IMG/VR virus record: IMGVR_UViG_3300027856_000008
Location: 804 to 64,803 of that record
Length of the DNA stretch: 64,000 nt
Reading direction: 5' to 3' (one strand)
Origin: a virus
Lineage: Duplodnaviria; Caudoviricetes
Part shown: positions 9,268-19,091 of the stretch, in pieces
Layout of the letters: every line of letters starts with the position of its first letter
Numbering within the stretch: the first letter of the stretch is position 1
Translations under genes and position numbers: made by a program
The notes under the pieces: generated by a model
What the model was told of the DNA's origin: nothing
Database searches by the model: none
What the model saw: the letters and a program-made list of their open reading frames with translations, nothing else

Positions 9268-9798
9268 ATGAAATTAGCTACTTTAGCAAAACAAGCCCTT
9301 AATTATTTAGCAAGCCTTAAACAGCCGTTGCCAGAAGAAAGCGAAATTAGATGGTACCAGCAAAATGAAAAAGATTATCAAGCTTTACTTACTTTGAATA
9401 AGCAAGGGTTAGGCGCGACAATAGAAGAATTAACAGAAGTTGCCAACCCTAAAAAAGTAAGAATCACGAAAGAAACTAGTTTAAATATCAGCTTTGAAGT
9501 TATGGAAAATGGCAAGGTTATTGAAAAAGATTTTATGGATGCCACCATATTTTGGGCTTATGTCTCGACAGAGCAACTTGTATATCTTGGAACTAAAGCA
9601 AATATTGCAGATGTTAAAAAAGAATTTAGAAATAACAGTTCATACCAAAGTGATCAGCCATTCTGGTATAAAATGCAAAAGATAAATTGCATGAAAGAAA
9701 CGCTATCATGGTATTTAAGTAATCAATTAATTACAGAAGAACAGGCAGAAAAGCTTGAAGATTTTATTTACTGTAAAGAAGAAAGGATCACATTATGA
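9268..9798 (+). CDS. Hypothetical early protein
   Basis: Start reassigned to the ATG after TAAGCGAG. Confidence 0.6.
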   Translation: MKLATLAKQALNYLASLKQPLPEESEIRWYQQNEKDYQALLTLNKQGLGATIEELTEVANPKKVRITKETSLNISFEVMENGKVIEKDFMDATIFWAYVSTEQLVYLGTKANIADVKKEFRNNSSYQSDQPFWYKMQKINCMKETLSWYLSNQLITEEQAEKLEDFIYCKEERITL

Positions 9799-10004
9799 AC
9801 CAAAACGAATTGATAGAGTTTTTTAACTGGTGTAATGATAACTTGTTGAACTTTGAAAACCAGCATTGCGATGAATCTCAACACTACTATTTAAACGATG
9901 TAATGATCGGGGGTTGGGCTGGTGATACTTGCCGATACTTTTACGAGCAAAATGATGAACTAGCGGGGGCAATAAGAATGATGGATGCCAGCAAGCAAGT
10001 TTGA
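9795..10004 (+). CDS. Hypothetical protein
   Basis: Coupled ORF (ATGA overlap). Confidence 0.55.
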   Translation: MNQNELIEFFNWCNDNLLNFENQHCDESQHYYLNDVMIGGWAGDTCRYFYEQNDELAGAIRMMDASKQV

Positions 10005-10062
10005 TAATTTGAAATAATGATAAGTTATCACTTTTTCAAGTGATAACTAATTAATAATAAAT

Positions 10063-10091
10063 AGGGTTGCTATCTAGCAGCCCTTTTTTTT
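10063..10091 (+). terminator. Rho-independent terminator
   Basis: AGGGTTGCTA-tc-TAGCAGCCCT followed by a T run. Confidence 0.85.
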
Positions 10092-10107
10092 CGTTAATTT
10101 TATTTGT

Positions 10108-10119
10108 GTCTATACTTTA
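10108..10119 (+). promoter_or_regulatory. Putative late promoter (GTCTATACTTTA) for the portal operon
   Basis: CTATACT motif directly after the terminator and before the portal gene. Confidence 0.55.
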
Positions 10120-10143
10120 ACCAGTTACTAAAAGGTAAAGATC

Positions 10144-11673
10144 ATGGCTAAAGTTAACACGTTACACCCGCTTTATAAACAGAACATAACAGCTTGGAAT
10201 AGAGTTCGTGACTGTGTTCAAGGCTCGATAGCCATTAAGGGTAAAGATACTTTGTATTTGCCTATGCCTAGTGGCATGGTTGATGCCCCACCAACAGCCT
10301 TAAATCAAACTTCTTTTGGTTCACGCGAAGAATACCCATTAAGAACAGGTGATCAGGATTTTCAACGACCAACTTGGTCTGGAACAAAAGCCTACGAGAA
10401 TTATAAAATAAGGGCTCATTTCCCTGACCTAACTAGTGATACATTGCGTGGCTTAATGGGTGTCGCTTCAAATAAAAACCCGACTTTTATCTTGCCTAGC
10501 AGAATGGAATATTTAAGAGAAAATTCAACTAATGATGGTTTAACCTTACTTCAATTATATTTTAAATTGATTGAGGACGTATTGCAGACAGGACGAATTG
10601 CTTTAGGTATCGACATTGATGTTGATACGGGGAATTTAGTCTTTCTAACTTATTCAGCCGAGAGTTTTATTAACTGGAAAAATTCTAGCAAAACTAATCT
10701 ATTCACACTCGGAGTATTTAAAGAAACAAACCCTACAAACCCTACAAACGAGGATATGTTTGATCAGTCTATGACTGAAAAGAAAAGGGTTTTATTTTTA
10801 GATGAAAACGGTATTTATACCACGGCAGTTTGGGTTGATGGTGAACAGATAGCGGATAGTTTAATTCAGCCAACCTTACAAGGCAGAGCATTTAATAAAG
10901 TGCCAATCGTGGCTATTGGCTCGACTAATCAAGATCCTGATCCAGATAAGATCCCATTACTTGGCATATCAGATGTTAGCGTACAGATTTACATGAAAAA
11001 TGCCGACCTAAATAATGCTGAATTCTTAACTTGTAACCCGACTCTTGTTTTAACTGGCGCAGACTCAAATGAGATCCCGAGTGCTATGGGTTCTACAGTT
11101 GCCCTAACGCTTGCCAATCCTCAAGCAAATGTTTTCTATACCCAAACAGATACAAGCGGTTTAAATCACTGTAAAGAGCATATAAAGGATTTAAAAGACG
11201 AGGCGCAAATGTATGGCTCTGCAATACTTGGCGATAGTGCTGGTGGTGTTGAAAGTGCCGAGGCATTGAGAGTTAAGCAGGCAAGCCGACAAGCAAGCTT
11301 AATGAGTATTGTTAGAAGTGTTTCAGAAGGGTTACAGACGGGTTTAAATTTAATTGGTGAATGGATGGGTATCGACTCCGATGAAATAACCGTAGAGACA
11401 CCAGATAGGTTCGCAGAAACACTATTAAGTGATAGCGAAAGGCAGCAACTTGTTAGCGAGTGGCAAAATGGAGCAATTTCAATGTCTATCTGGCGGCATA
11501 ACTTGCGTAAAGGTGGAATTATTCCAGACACAGTTGAAGATCAAGCGATAGAGGATGAATTTGATCAAGGCGTATCTGCAATTACAGGGGATCAGATAGA
11601 TGAATCAGAAGATAAACCAAACGTTGATCAGCAGGGAGCTAATGCCCCATCCGGATCGGAAGAAGAAACCTAG
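10144..11673 (+). CDS. Portal protein (DUF4055-type)
   Basis: HPLY..W.RVRD..G..AIK....YLP, AY..Y..RA.F and ESAEALRV; size and position fit a portal. Confidence 0.85.
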   Translation: MAKVNTLHPLYKQNITAWNRVRDCVQGSIAIKGKDTLYLPMPSGMVDAPPTALNQTSFGSREEYPLRTGDQDFQRPTWSGTKAYENYKIRAHFPDLTSDTLRGLMGVASNKNPTFILPSRMEYLRENSTNDGLTLLQLYFKLIEDVLQTGRIALGIDIDVDTGNLVFLTYSAESFINWKNSSKTNLFTLGVFKETNPTNPTNEDMFDQSMTEKKRVLFLDENGIYTTAVWVDGEQIADSLIQPTLQGRAFNKVPIVAIGSTNQDPDPDKIPLLGISDVSVQIYMKNADLNNAEFLTCNPTLVLTGADSNEIPSAMGSTVALTLANPQANVFYTQTDTSGLNHCKEHIKDLKDEAQMYGSAILGDSAGGVESAEALRVKQASRQASLMSIVRSVSEGLQTGLNLIGEWMGIDSDEITVETPDRFAETLLSDSERQQLVSEWQNGAISMSIWRHNLRKGGIIPDTVEDQAIEDEFDQGVSAITGDQIDESEDKPNVDQQGANAPSGSEEET

Positions 11674-11735
11674 TAAACCTAAATCTAGTAAGCAGAAAAA
11701 AGATAAGCCAAAGTCGAATAGGAAGAAAATGAAAA

Positions 11736-13703
11736 GTGGCTAATTATACCGAAGCTGTATTGCGTCATGCGAGTTTTGTTATCCAGACTCAGAACGGTGA
11801 AGCAGCAGCAATGCAACCTTTTATTAATAGGCATATTAAAACTATTCGTAAATGGTTTAGGCAGGGTGAGTTATCGAAATTCACCTTGCAGCGTTTGGAA
11901 CAACAATTAAAAATCCTTACCAAAGATATTTCTGCAACAAACCAAGATCTAATTAGCACTGTTAATAGTGATATGGCAGAGGTCGCTATTAACGAAATTG
12001 CTTTTGAACAGAAGTTATTAAATACAGCTTTTGTTACTGATTTTGTGAGTCCTGCAAAAAACCAAGTTTTAGCCGCAGTTATTGATCAGCCGTTTAATGG
12101 TCTTGTATTAAAAAAGCACATGGATAAATGGGATCGTCAAACAAAAAGCATTGTTAATACCACTATTAAAGATGGATATGTTGCAGGGCTTAGTAATCAG
12201 CAGATACAAAAGAAAGTGTTAGGTGATTTGGTTACAAGTAAAAACAAGCCTCCATTTTTTAAAGGTGGTGTGATTAATTCTAAAGTTAGGGCTGATATTC
12301 GGACGATTGTTAGGTCTGCCACTAATCATACAAGTAATACTGCCAGAGGTGAGGTTTGGAAAGAAAATAATGATGTAATAGCTAGGGTTCAATGGTTATC
12401 AACTTTTGATAATAGAACGACAACTATTTGTATTTCTTTACATGGTCAGTCATGGACTTTAGCAGAATTACACCCTGTACCACCAGCGCACATGAATTGT
12501 AGATCTTCTTTGATTGCTATTACGGCAGATGGAGTTGATCCGACTGAGGAAAGATCCGCAAAGGTCGGTATTGCTGGTGGAGAGGATAAAAAGGATCGTG
12601 CTAGAAAACCTAGATCGGCAAGTAGTAAAAAAGCCAGAACAACAGGGGCAGTTGTAAATGCCGATACACCATTCGATAAATTTATATTGTCTCAGCCTGT
12701 ATGGTACCAAGAGGATCTTTTAGGTAAACAAAGGGCTTTACTATTAAGACAGGGCAAACTTGATGTTAGAAGCTTGTTCGATTGGAAAAGGAATAACGTT
12801 AGGACTGTCCAAGGGCTTAAGCGTGTTAGTCAAAAGCCATTAAGTGATGTAAGACCAGATCCACTTAAAGAGATAACGGAAAATCACATTGAACCTATAA
12901 GAAAGAATAATAAAAACCTAAAGCTGTTGAATAAAAATAAATCTGATTTGAATAAACGATATAAATCAGAGGCGAAAAAAGCACAGGATTTGATCGGGTT
13001 GGTTAACTTAGGAAAAGCGACAGAAAAACAATTGCTTGAACAGGAGCAAAAAGTTAATAATATCGTTGATGAAATTCAGAGTTCATTCAAAGAAATTGAT
13101 GCTGCGTCAGCTATTGTAAAAGATGATTTTGCTAATTTGAAAAGGGCAATAATATCGCATCAAAATATTAGCGAGGAACAGCTTGATAAAGCCATTGATA
13201 AATTGAATTTTAGGCGTGTACCGAGAGATCGAGAAAAGATAGAAAAGGTTTTAAGGGATGTAATGCGTTTTACTGGCTTAAAAGGTTCTAGGGGTGAGAT
13301 ACCGTTATTAACAGTTCAGAGGTCGAGCGATAGAGCGTTTGCAGACGATATTAATAATATTCTTAATGTTGGTAAGGGTGTCGTACCTAAAACGATATGG
13401 CATGAGTATGGTCATTTTATCGAATTTAATAGTGGTGATATAAAAAAAGATGCCAATCAATTTATAAACGATACTCGCAAAACAACTAGGCTTGAATGGT
13501 TGGGCAAGCCCTATGCTATGAGTGAAAGAGCATTTAAGAATGAATGGATCAGCCCGTATGTCGGCAAAATATATCCTGATGGTTTCACAGAGGTTACGAG
13601 CATGGGGGTTGAAAGGTTTGTAACGGTACAATCAATGATGTCATTTTTTAATAATGATGAAAGGCATTTTTTAAAAATAATTGAGTGGTTATTAAAGGAA
13701 TAG
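11736..13703 (+). CDS. MuF/SPP1 gp7-like head morphogenesis protein fused to a C-terminal HExxH metallopeptidase-like domain
   Basis: WLSTFDNRTTTIC..LHG and PPAHMNCRS (MuF); then a coiled coil and WHEYGHFIE...TEVTSMGVE. Confidence 0.8.
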   Translation: MANYTEAVLRHASFVIQTQNGEAAAMQPFINRHIKTIRKWFRQGELSKFTLQRLEQQLKILTKDISATNQDLISTVNSDMAEVAINEIAFEQKLLNTAFVTDFVSPAKNQVLAAVIDQPFNGLVLKKHMDKWDRQTKSIVNTTIKDGYVAGLSNQQIQKKVLGDLVTSKNKPPFFKGGVINSKVRADIRTIVRSATNHTSNTARGEVWKENNDVIARVQWLSTFDNRTTTICISLHGQSWTLAELHPVPPAHMNCRSSLIAITADGVDPTEERSAKVGIAGGEDKKDRARKPRSASSKKARTTGAVVNADTPFDKFILSQPVWYQEDLLGKQRALLLRQGKLDVRSLFDWKRNNVRTVQGLKRVSQKPLSDVRPDPLKEITENHIEPIRKNNKNLKLLNKNKSDLNKRYKSEAKKAQDLIGLVNLGKATEKQLLEQEQKVNNIVDEIQSSFKEIDAASAIVKDDFANLKRAIISHQNISEEQLDKAIDKLNFRRVPRDREKIEKVLRDVMRFTGLKGSRGEIPLLTVQRSSDRAFADDINNILNVGKGVVPKTIWHEYGHFIEFNSGDIKKDANQFINDTRKTTRLEWLGKPYAMSERAFKNEWISPYVGKIYPDGFTEVTSMGVERFVTVQSMMSFFNNDERHFLKIIEWLLKE

Positions 13704-13711
13704 GTGAAATT

Positions 13712-13948
13712 ATGCAAAGTGAAAAATTAGATACCGAAGTTAACGTTTTAGCGAAAGATCTGGAAAGTAAAGTAAATGAAATTTATGGTACAGATATGGG
13801 TTTTTTTCTAATGGTGATCCCCTTTGAAGGCCAAAATAATGGCGAATGTATCACTAATATAGATAGGATTTCATTACCTGACTTATTAGAAAAAGCCGTA
13901 AATACCTATAAGGGTGATACGATTGGCGAAACGCTTGGAAATGCTTAA
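13712..13948 (+). CDS. Hypothetical protein, paralog of 5356..5610
   Basis: Shared motif; ATG follows AGGTG. Confidence 0.55.
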   Translation: MQSEKLDTEVNVLAKDLESKVNEIYGTDMGFFLMVIPFEGQNNGECITNIDRISLPDLLEKAVNTYKGDTIGETLGNA

Positions 13949-14006
13949 ATTGCTTATCACTTGATAATATGATAATGTGCGAATACAAGTATTAATAGAG
14001 TAAATT

Positions 14007-14279
14007 ATGATTAAATTTGAAATGATCGGTTTTGGTACGATCATAATGCACACGAATGATCCCAATAAGTTTGTTAAACCTGATCTATCTGGATTAACTG
14101 AAAACGCAAAGGATATATTCCGACCTGACTCTGGCGCTTTTGGGCATGAAATAGATCTAAATGATGAAACAACGGCATCAGATATTCAGGTTTATTTAAG
14201 TAACTTTGGCATTGATCCAATTATTACTAGCCAGAATAAAATAGAAACGAGAACAGTACCGAGGAACTTAAAAACGTAA
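14007..14279 (+). CDS. Small acidic protein, candidate MuF immunity protein
   Basis: Position downstream of the MuF toxin domain; function is inferred only. Confidence 0.4.
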   Translation: MIKFEMIGFGTIIMHTNDPNKFVKPDLSGLTENAKDIFRPDSGAFGHEIDLNDETTASDIQVYLSNFGIDPIITSQNKIETRTVPRNLKT

Positions 14280-14317
14280 GCGTTGACTATCATTTATTCA
14301 ATTGATAAAATGAAATT

Positions 14318-14551
14318 ATGAAAATTAAAATAGCGCAGGAGGTTATTATGTTTCATGTATTTCATAAATCAAAATACTCAGATGGTGCGGTTTTAAACCT
14401 TATCACCAATTCAAAAAACTTTGATACTTTCTTATTTTCTGATATTGAAGCAAAAGAATTTATCACTTTATCAAATGGCAATGCCATATCAAAAAACCTT
14501 TCTATTCGTTATAGCAAAGTAAAAGCTGTTCTTGCTCAAGACGCAGCTTAA
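14318..14551 (+). CDS. Hypothetical protein
   Basis: ORF ending at a terminator. Confidence 0.45.
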   Translation: MKIKIAQEVIMFHVFHKSKYSDGAVLNLITNSKNFDTFLFSDIEAKEFITLSNGNAISKNLSIRYSKVKAVLAQDAA

Positions 14552-14577
14552 AAAAGCCACTTTCATAGTGGCTTTTT
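14551..14577 (+). terminator. Rho-independent terminator
   Basis: AAAAAGCCAC...GTGGCTTTTT. Confidence 0.8.
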
Positions 14578-14595
14578 CACTACCGTCAATTTTTT

Positions 14596-14607
14596 GACTA
14601 TACTTAA
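14596..14607 (+). promoter_or_regulatory. Putative late promoter (GACTATACTTAA)
   Basis: Matches the sigmaS -10 consensus CTATACTTAA; lies before the scaffold gene. Confidence 0.6.
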
Positions 14608-14652
14608 TTCCAGTTTCATAATTTCAATTGATAAAATGAAAAGGGTTTTAAA

Positions 14653-15477
14653 ATGGGTAGAACATTTCTAAGGTGGCAGCAGCCGCATATTAAGTATTTA
14701 GACGAAAATAATGGTGACGGTGGCGATTCTGGTGGTGGCTCTGGTGGTGGCTCTGGTGGCGAAGGTGAAGGAGATCAAACAAAGACCTACACACAAGCAG
14801 AAGTTGACGCATTAAATAGCTCAATATCTAAATTAGAAACTAAAAATAAAACTATTCTTGATGAAAAAAAAGGTGTCCAAGATAAATTAAAAATTTGGGA
14901 TGGGATGGATCACGGCAAACTGAAAATCCTACAAGACAAATATGAAAATGATGAAGATTTAAAATTAATCGCAGACGGTAAACACGATGAATTAATTGAA
15001 AAGAAAACCGAGCGAATGAGGGCAACCCATAAAAGCGAATTAGAAACGCTTACTACAAGTAATGCTGAGTTACTTACAACGAATGAAAAGCTACAAGGTC
15101 AGATTGATAGGGGCTTAATACAAAGCAATGTTCGTGCTGCCTTTGATAAATCGGATTGTAAGGTAACAGCCTTTGATGATCTATTACTTAGAGCTGTTAA
15201 TTTCTTCAAGGTTGAAGAAGGTCAACTCGTTGCGCGTGATGGGTCGGGGGAGTTAATCCGAGGTAAAGATGGAGCTATTACACCCGAGGAATATATTGAA
15301 TCACTCAGGGAAAAAGCACCTCATTGGTGGGGAGATTCAGAAAGCGGTGGTTTAGGCGGCAGCAATAAAAAAACAGGCGGCAAAGATATTGATTCGCAAA
15401 TGGCAGAAGCAGCCGAAGCAAACGATATGGATCTATACCGAAAATTAAGAGCAGAAAAGAACAAACAATCAGCTTAA
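14653..15477 (+). CDS. Capsid scaffolding protein
   Basis: Gly-rich N-terminus, long charged coiled coil, LREKAPHWW..S.GG; just upstream of the capsid gene. Confidence 0.8.
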   Translation: MGRTFLRWQQPHIKYLDENNGDGGDSGGGSGGGSGGEGEGDQTKTYTQAEVDALNSSISKLETKNKTILDEKKGVQDKLKIWDGMDHGKLKILQDKYENDEDLKLIADGKHDELIEKKTERMRATHKSELETLTTSNAELLTTNEKLQGQIDRGLIQSNVRAAFDKSDCKVTAFDDLLLRAVNFFKVEEGQLVARDGSGELIRGKDGAITPEEYIESLREKAPHWWGDSESGGLGGSNKKTGGKDIDSQMAEAAEANDMDLYRKLRAEKNKQSA

Positions 15478-15495
15478 ACGTGACTGTACTACATC

Positions 15496-15520
15496 AGCCC
15501 CTTTTTTTAGGGGCTTTTTT
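15496..15520 (+). terminator. Rho-independent terminator between scaffold and capsid genes
   Basis: AGCCCCT...AGGGGCT followed by a T run. Confidence 0.75.
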
Positions 15521-15672
15521 ATGTCATTTGATAATTTGAAAATATAGACAATACTATTAAGTGAAAGATCGTTAGTTGCGCTAACGATGCCCCAAAGTTT
15601 GCGACAGAAGGGAATTTATTAATTTTTGCCAGCGGCAAGAATCCTTTTGTTATAAATTCTTTGGGGGCTAAC

Positions 15673-16815
15673 ATGGCTAACTCATATTTAACTGTATCGC
15701 AAATTGCGGCAGAATCATTAACCGTATTAGAAGATAGTCTTGTTGCTGGTAATCTTCTATATAGAGATAAAACATCAGATTTCGGTCTTGCCAAAAATGG
15801 CTATAAAGTCGGTGACACTGTTCGGGTTCGCCAAGGAACTGAATTTGCAGTAAACGATTTTACTAGCACAATCACAAAACAAGATATTCGCCAATCAGAA
15901 CGTAACATGACTATCGAGCGCCATATGGACGTTTCAGTAGGTATTGGTGCGCGTGAAATGTCTTTAGATCTTGATCACTTCTCAACCGAAGTTATTGTGC
16001 CAGCAATGGTATCAATAGCCGAAGAAATAGACACTTTCTTATTAACCAAAATTGTTCAAGCCACCAGCCTTTATGCAAGTGCTGATTTATTTGCAAGTGT
16101 GGGTGATATGGCAAACGCAAACAGAGTTGCCAATGAAGCGCAGATCCCAAAAGCGGGTCGCATTGGTTTAGTTAATTCCTCACTTGAAGCAAAACTATTA
16201 GGCTCTGATTTCTTCCATAGTGCCGATATTCGTGATGGTGAAAGTTTACAAGCTTTGCGTGATGCTCGTATGGGTCGTGTTATGGGTACAGATTGGGTAG
16301 CAAGTGTAAATATGCCAGTGGCAGGACACACTAACTCAAGCGGTACTACAACCACAGATAACACGGTTGCTACTGATAACTTGATCGGCAATTCAACTCT
16401 TGTTGTTGATTCAATCGTAGGTGGCTTTACAGCTGGTGATCGTATTCGCATTGCTGGTGTTCGCAGACCATTAATTGTTGAAACAACTGTTGCAGCAACT
16501 GGTTTAGCAATTGTATTAACTGATCCAATCACTGAGATTATTCCAGATGGGGCAGCGGTAACAGTAGAGGGCGGCAATGCCAGCGTTTTAGATTTCCAAG
16601 GCATTATCACTAACCCTAATGCTTTTGCTTTTGCGACACCCCCGCTTGAATTGCCAGCGAGTGTTGAAGCATCTGTGCAAAATGCTAACGGGTTTAGTAT
16701 TCGTGTTGTAAGAGATTATGACGTTGATACCAAATCAACAACGCTAAGTTTTGATCTATTACTTGGCGCATTAGCATATGATCCTCGTCTAGCGGTTCTA
16801 TTAGCTGATTTCTAA
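15673..16815 (+). CDS. Major capsid protein (P22 coat-like)
   Basis: MANSYLT..IA.E.L.VLE, KVGDTVRVR and SIRVVRDYD...FDLLLG; beta-rich insertion domain. Confidence 0.9.
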   Translation: MANSYLTVSQIAAESLTVLEDSLVAGNLLYRDKTSDFGLAKNGYKVGDTVRVRQGTEFAVNDFTSTITKQDIRQSERNMTIERHMDVSVGIGAREMSLDLDHFSTEVIVPAMVSIAEEIDTFLLTKIVQATSLYASADLFASVGDMANANRVANEAQIPKAGRIGLVNSSLEAKLLGSDFFHSADIRDGESLQALRDARMGRVMGTDWVASVNMPVAGHTNSSGTTTTDNTVATDNLIGNSTLVVDSIVGGFTAGDRIRIAGVRRPLIVETTVAATGLAIVLTDPITEIIPDGAAVTVEGGNASVLDFQGIITNPNAFAFATPPLELPASVEASVQNANGFSIRVVRDYDVDTKSTTLSFDLLLGALAYDPRLAVLLADF

Positions 16816-16823
16816 CCCATATC

Positions 16824-16848
16824 GGGGGGTTAACAGCCCCCCCTTTTT
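16824..16848 (+). terminator. Rho-independent terminator after the capsid gene
   Basis: G6 stem, C7 stem, T5. Confidence 0.85.
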
Positions 16849-16850
16849 AA

Positions 16851-17039
16851 GTGGAGATTAAGACAATGGAATTATACACACCGAAAGGGGATCTTTGCCT
16901 TTGTGACGAATCCCAAGTTATCCAACTATTAGAAGCTGGTTACACTAAAGAAAAACCAAAGCCAAAATCCAAAGCGAAACCAGCATCAAAAAAAGCTGAA
17001 ATTAAAAGCAAAGATCAAGCTGATAATGAAAGCGAATAG
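16851..17039 (+). CDS. Small Lys-rich protein after the capsid gene
   Basis: ORF; basic low-complexity tail. Confidence 0.5.
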   Translation: MEIKTMELYTPKGDLCLCDESQVIQLLEAGYTKEKPKPKSKAKPASKKAEIKSKDQADNESE

Positions 17040-17048
17040 GGGTTTATC

Positions 17049-17375
17049 ATGGCTAATAATGTAAATCGAACAGTTGAATATCCAGCGGGTGTTGGTGTTA
17101 AAGATTGGATGATCTTAGATGCTAATCCGTTTGGCAATACTGCCTATGTTTTAGAGATTACAGGAACAGTAACGGCAACATTACAAGTTACTTTAGTAAG
17201 AGTTAAAACCGAAACAGAAGTTGTACCAGCCTCGCAAGTTGTTGATGTTTTAAACGCAACAGATTTAACAATAAGCCAAGGTGGTGTGATTCAAAACACA
17301 CCGTTATCAGCAGTTAGAATAAATCAAACTGTGGGTACTGGATCAGTTAAGTTAACTACTGTATCAGGTGCTTAA
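17049..17375 (+). CDS. Putative virion (head decoration) protein
   Basis: Beta-rich sequence, AGGGG RBS, located in the head module. Confidence 0.5.
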   Translation: MANNVNRTVEYPAGVGVKDWMILDANPFGNTAYVLEITGTVTATLQVTLVRVKTETEVVPASQVVDVLNATDLTISQGGVIQNTPLSAVRINQTVGTGSVKLTTVSGA

Positions 17376-17588
17376 ATGGCTGACGAACGCGCAATAAAAT
17401 CATTACCAATTGAATCTTTGGCAATAGAATCATTACCAATTGAGTCTTTGCCAAGGGGCGAATTATCCAATTGGATTTTAGCCGATGGAACTTGGAACGA
17501 TATTAAGTTTTGGGATGATACCGATTTCTGGTTAGATGGTCCAGTAGCGCAAGGTTTCGCCACAGGTTTCGATGATGGATTTGAGTAA
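17376..17588 (+). CDS. Small acidic adaptor-like virion peptide
   Basis: ESLPI repeats, WND..FWDD..FWLD motif and GFATGFDDGF C-terminus. Confidence 0.55.
   Translation: MADERAIKSLPIESLAIESLPIESLPRGELSNWILADGTWNDIKFWDDTDFWLDGPVAQGFATGFDDGFE
17391..17450 (+). repeat. 30-bp tandem duplication encoding (K/E)SLPIESL repeats
   Basis: gcaata(a/g)aatcattaccaattga(a/g)tctttg occurs twice. Confidence 0.8.
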
Positions 17589-17598
17589 GGGGTAAATC

Positions 17599-19047
17599 AT
17601 GGCTACAAAAGATCCAGTTCTTGACGGTGATAGCGGTTTAGTTGCCAGAACTAAAATTAATGACGGCATGGCTGGTGAAGCTTTTAATATTTCAGAAGTT
17701 GGTAGTTTTCATAGAATTACATTTAACCCAACAGATAAATGGATGCTGATAATAAGTAATCTATCTATGTTTTTCCTTGAAATTCCATTCCCTGATAGTT
17801 TAACTGACTTTACAGGTGTAGATTTTACGTTTGTTGCAACTCTTGAGGTTAGACCAGCAAACGGTGTTGGAGGTGATCCGAAACATAGCTTTACAATGAA
17901 AATATCAGCAGATCTATCTGGTACTGGTGGGCAGAGAGAAACTAAGTTTTCGATAGAAGGATTTGTTGATTCAGATAAAACAAATATTGCCGCAACAGCA
18001 ACAACATTGCCAGCTTCACAACCAGCAACAGCGTATAAAATACAAATTGGCGCATCAGGTAGTGGTCTTGCGGAATGTGTTGTTCTTTTAACGTCAGTTG
18101 AATACTTTCAAAATTCCAACAGTAGCACTCCAATAAACCCAAATAGCGCTGAGATACAAGCAGCACTTATAGGGATAACCAATGCTGGATTTCAAGTTAA
18201 TTTACCTATTCAGTATTTGAATAATGGTTATATGGGTCATGGAACAACAGCGAATAGACCTGTAGATAGTATTGGCGAAGGTGCAAGATATTACGATACA
18301 GACTTAGGCAGTTATATAACACATGATGGTTCAGATTGGGTTGAGCCAGCAAGTGGGGCAGCGCCAGCGTTTATAAAATTAGAAAATGGAACTTTACGCT
18401 CAAGATTGATATTTAACCCAACAGAAATATGGGCGTTTGACGGTAATGGCATAAGCATGGTTTTTATTGAGATCCCATTCCCTGACAACCTTAGTGCCTT
18501 TACAGCTGTGGATATGACATTTATTTTAGTATTTGAAATTACAAGTTCTAAGGAAAATCTCATTGATACTAATTGTACCGTTACTGTCAGGGGTGATATG
18601 GACGGTACGGGAGGGCAGGGTGAAACTCAATTTTCAGTTGAGGGTTTTGTTCATTCAGACGAGGGTAAACTTGCTATTACAGCAGCGTCAATACCAGCTT
18701 CACAAGGCTCAACTTTAATGTATCAATTACAGGTTGGTGGAAGTTTTGAGGGTCTTGATGGATCAATGATCTCTATAACATCATTGGAATATTTTTCTAC
18801 TGATAATGTCGCTTTTGATGATGTAAAGGTAGCAGCACAAGCAGCAAAAATAAATGTTAAAAACGCAGGTTTCTTTTCTGATTTAGCAGTTCAATATTTA
18901 AATTTTGGTTATATGGGTCATGGTACAACAGCGAATAGACCAACTACATCAAGGGGTGTCGGTGCTAGATATTTTGACACTACATTAGACCAGTGGATCA
19001 CATGGAACGGCACAAACTGGATAGCACCTACAGAAAGCACAGTTTAA
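17599..19047 (+). CDS. Putative fibre/appendage protein with two tandem modules of about 220 aa
   Basis: N-terminal DGDSGLVARTKIN anchor; each module ends in GTTANRP...GARY.DT.L...I...G..W. Confidence 0.6.
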   Translation: MATKDPVLDGDSGLVARTKINDGMAGEAFNISEVGSFHRITFNPTDKWMLIISNLSMFFLEIPFPDSLTDFTGVDFTFVATLEVRPANGVGGDPKHSFTMKISADLSGTGGQRETKFSIEGFVDSDKTNIAATATTLPASQPATAYKIQIGASGSGLAECVVLLTSVEYFQNSNSSTPINPNSAEIQAALIGITNAGFQVNLPIQYLNNGYMGHGTTANRPVDSIGEGARYYDTDLGSYITHDGSDWVEPASGAAPAFIKLENGTLRSRLIFNPTEIWAFDGNGISMVFIEIPFPDNLSAFTAVDMTFILVFEITSSKENLIDTNCTVTVRGDMDGTGGQGETQFSVEGFVHSDEGKLAITAASIPASQGSTLMYQLQVGGSFEGLDGSMISITSLEYFSTDNVAFDDVKVAAQAAKINVKNAGFFSDLAVQYLNFGYMGHGTTANRPTTSRGVGARYFDTTLDQWITWNGTNWIAPTESTV

Positions 19048-19091
19048 TTTATGAACTAGAATTAAATTAAATATTTAATGAGGGTTTTAAC

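Noticed and set aside
14713-14772. GGTGGC/TCTGGT short tandem repeats
   Set aside because: They simply encode the Gly/Ser linker of the scaffold protein.
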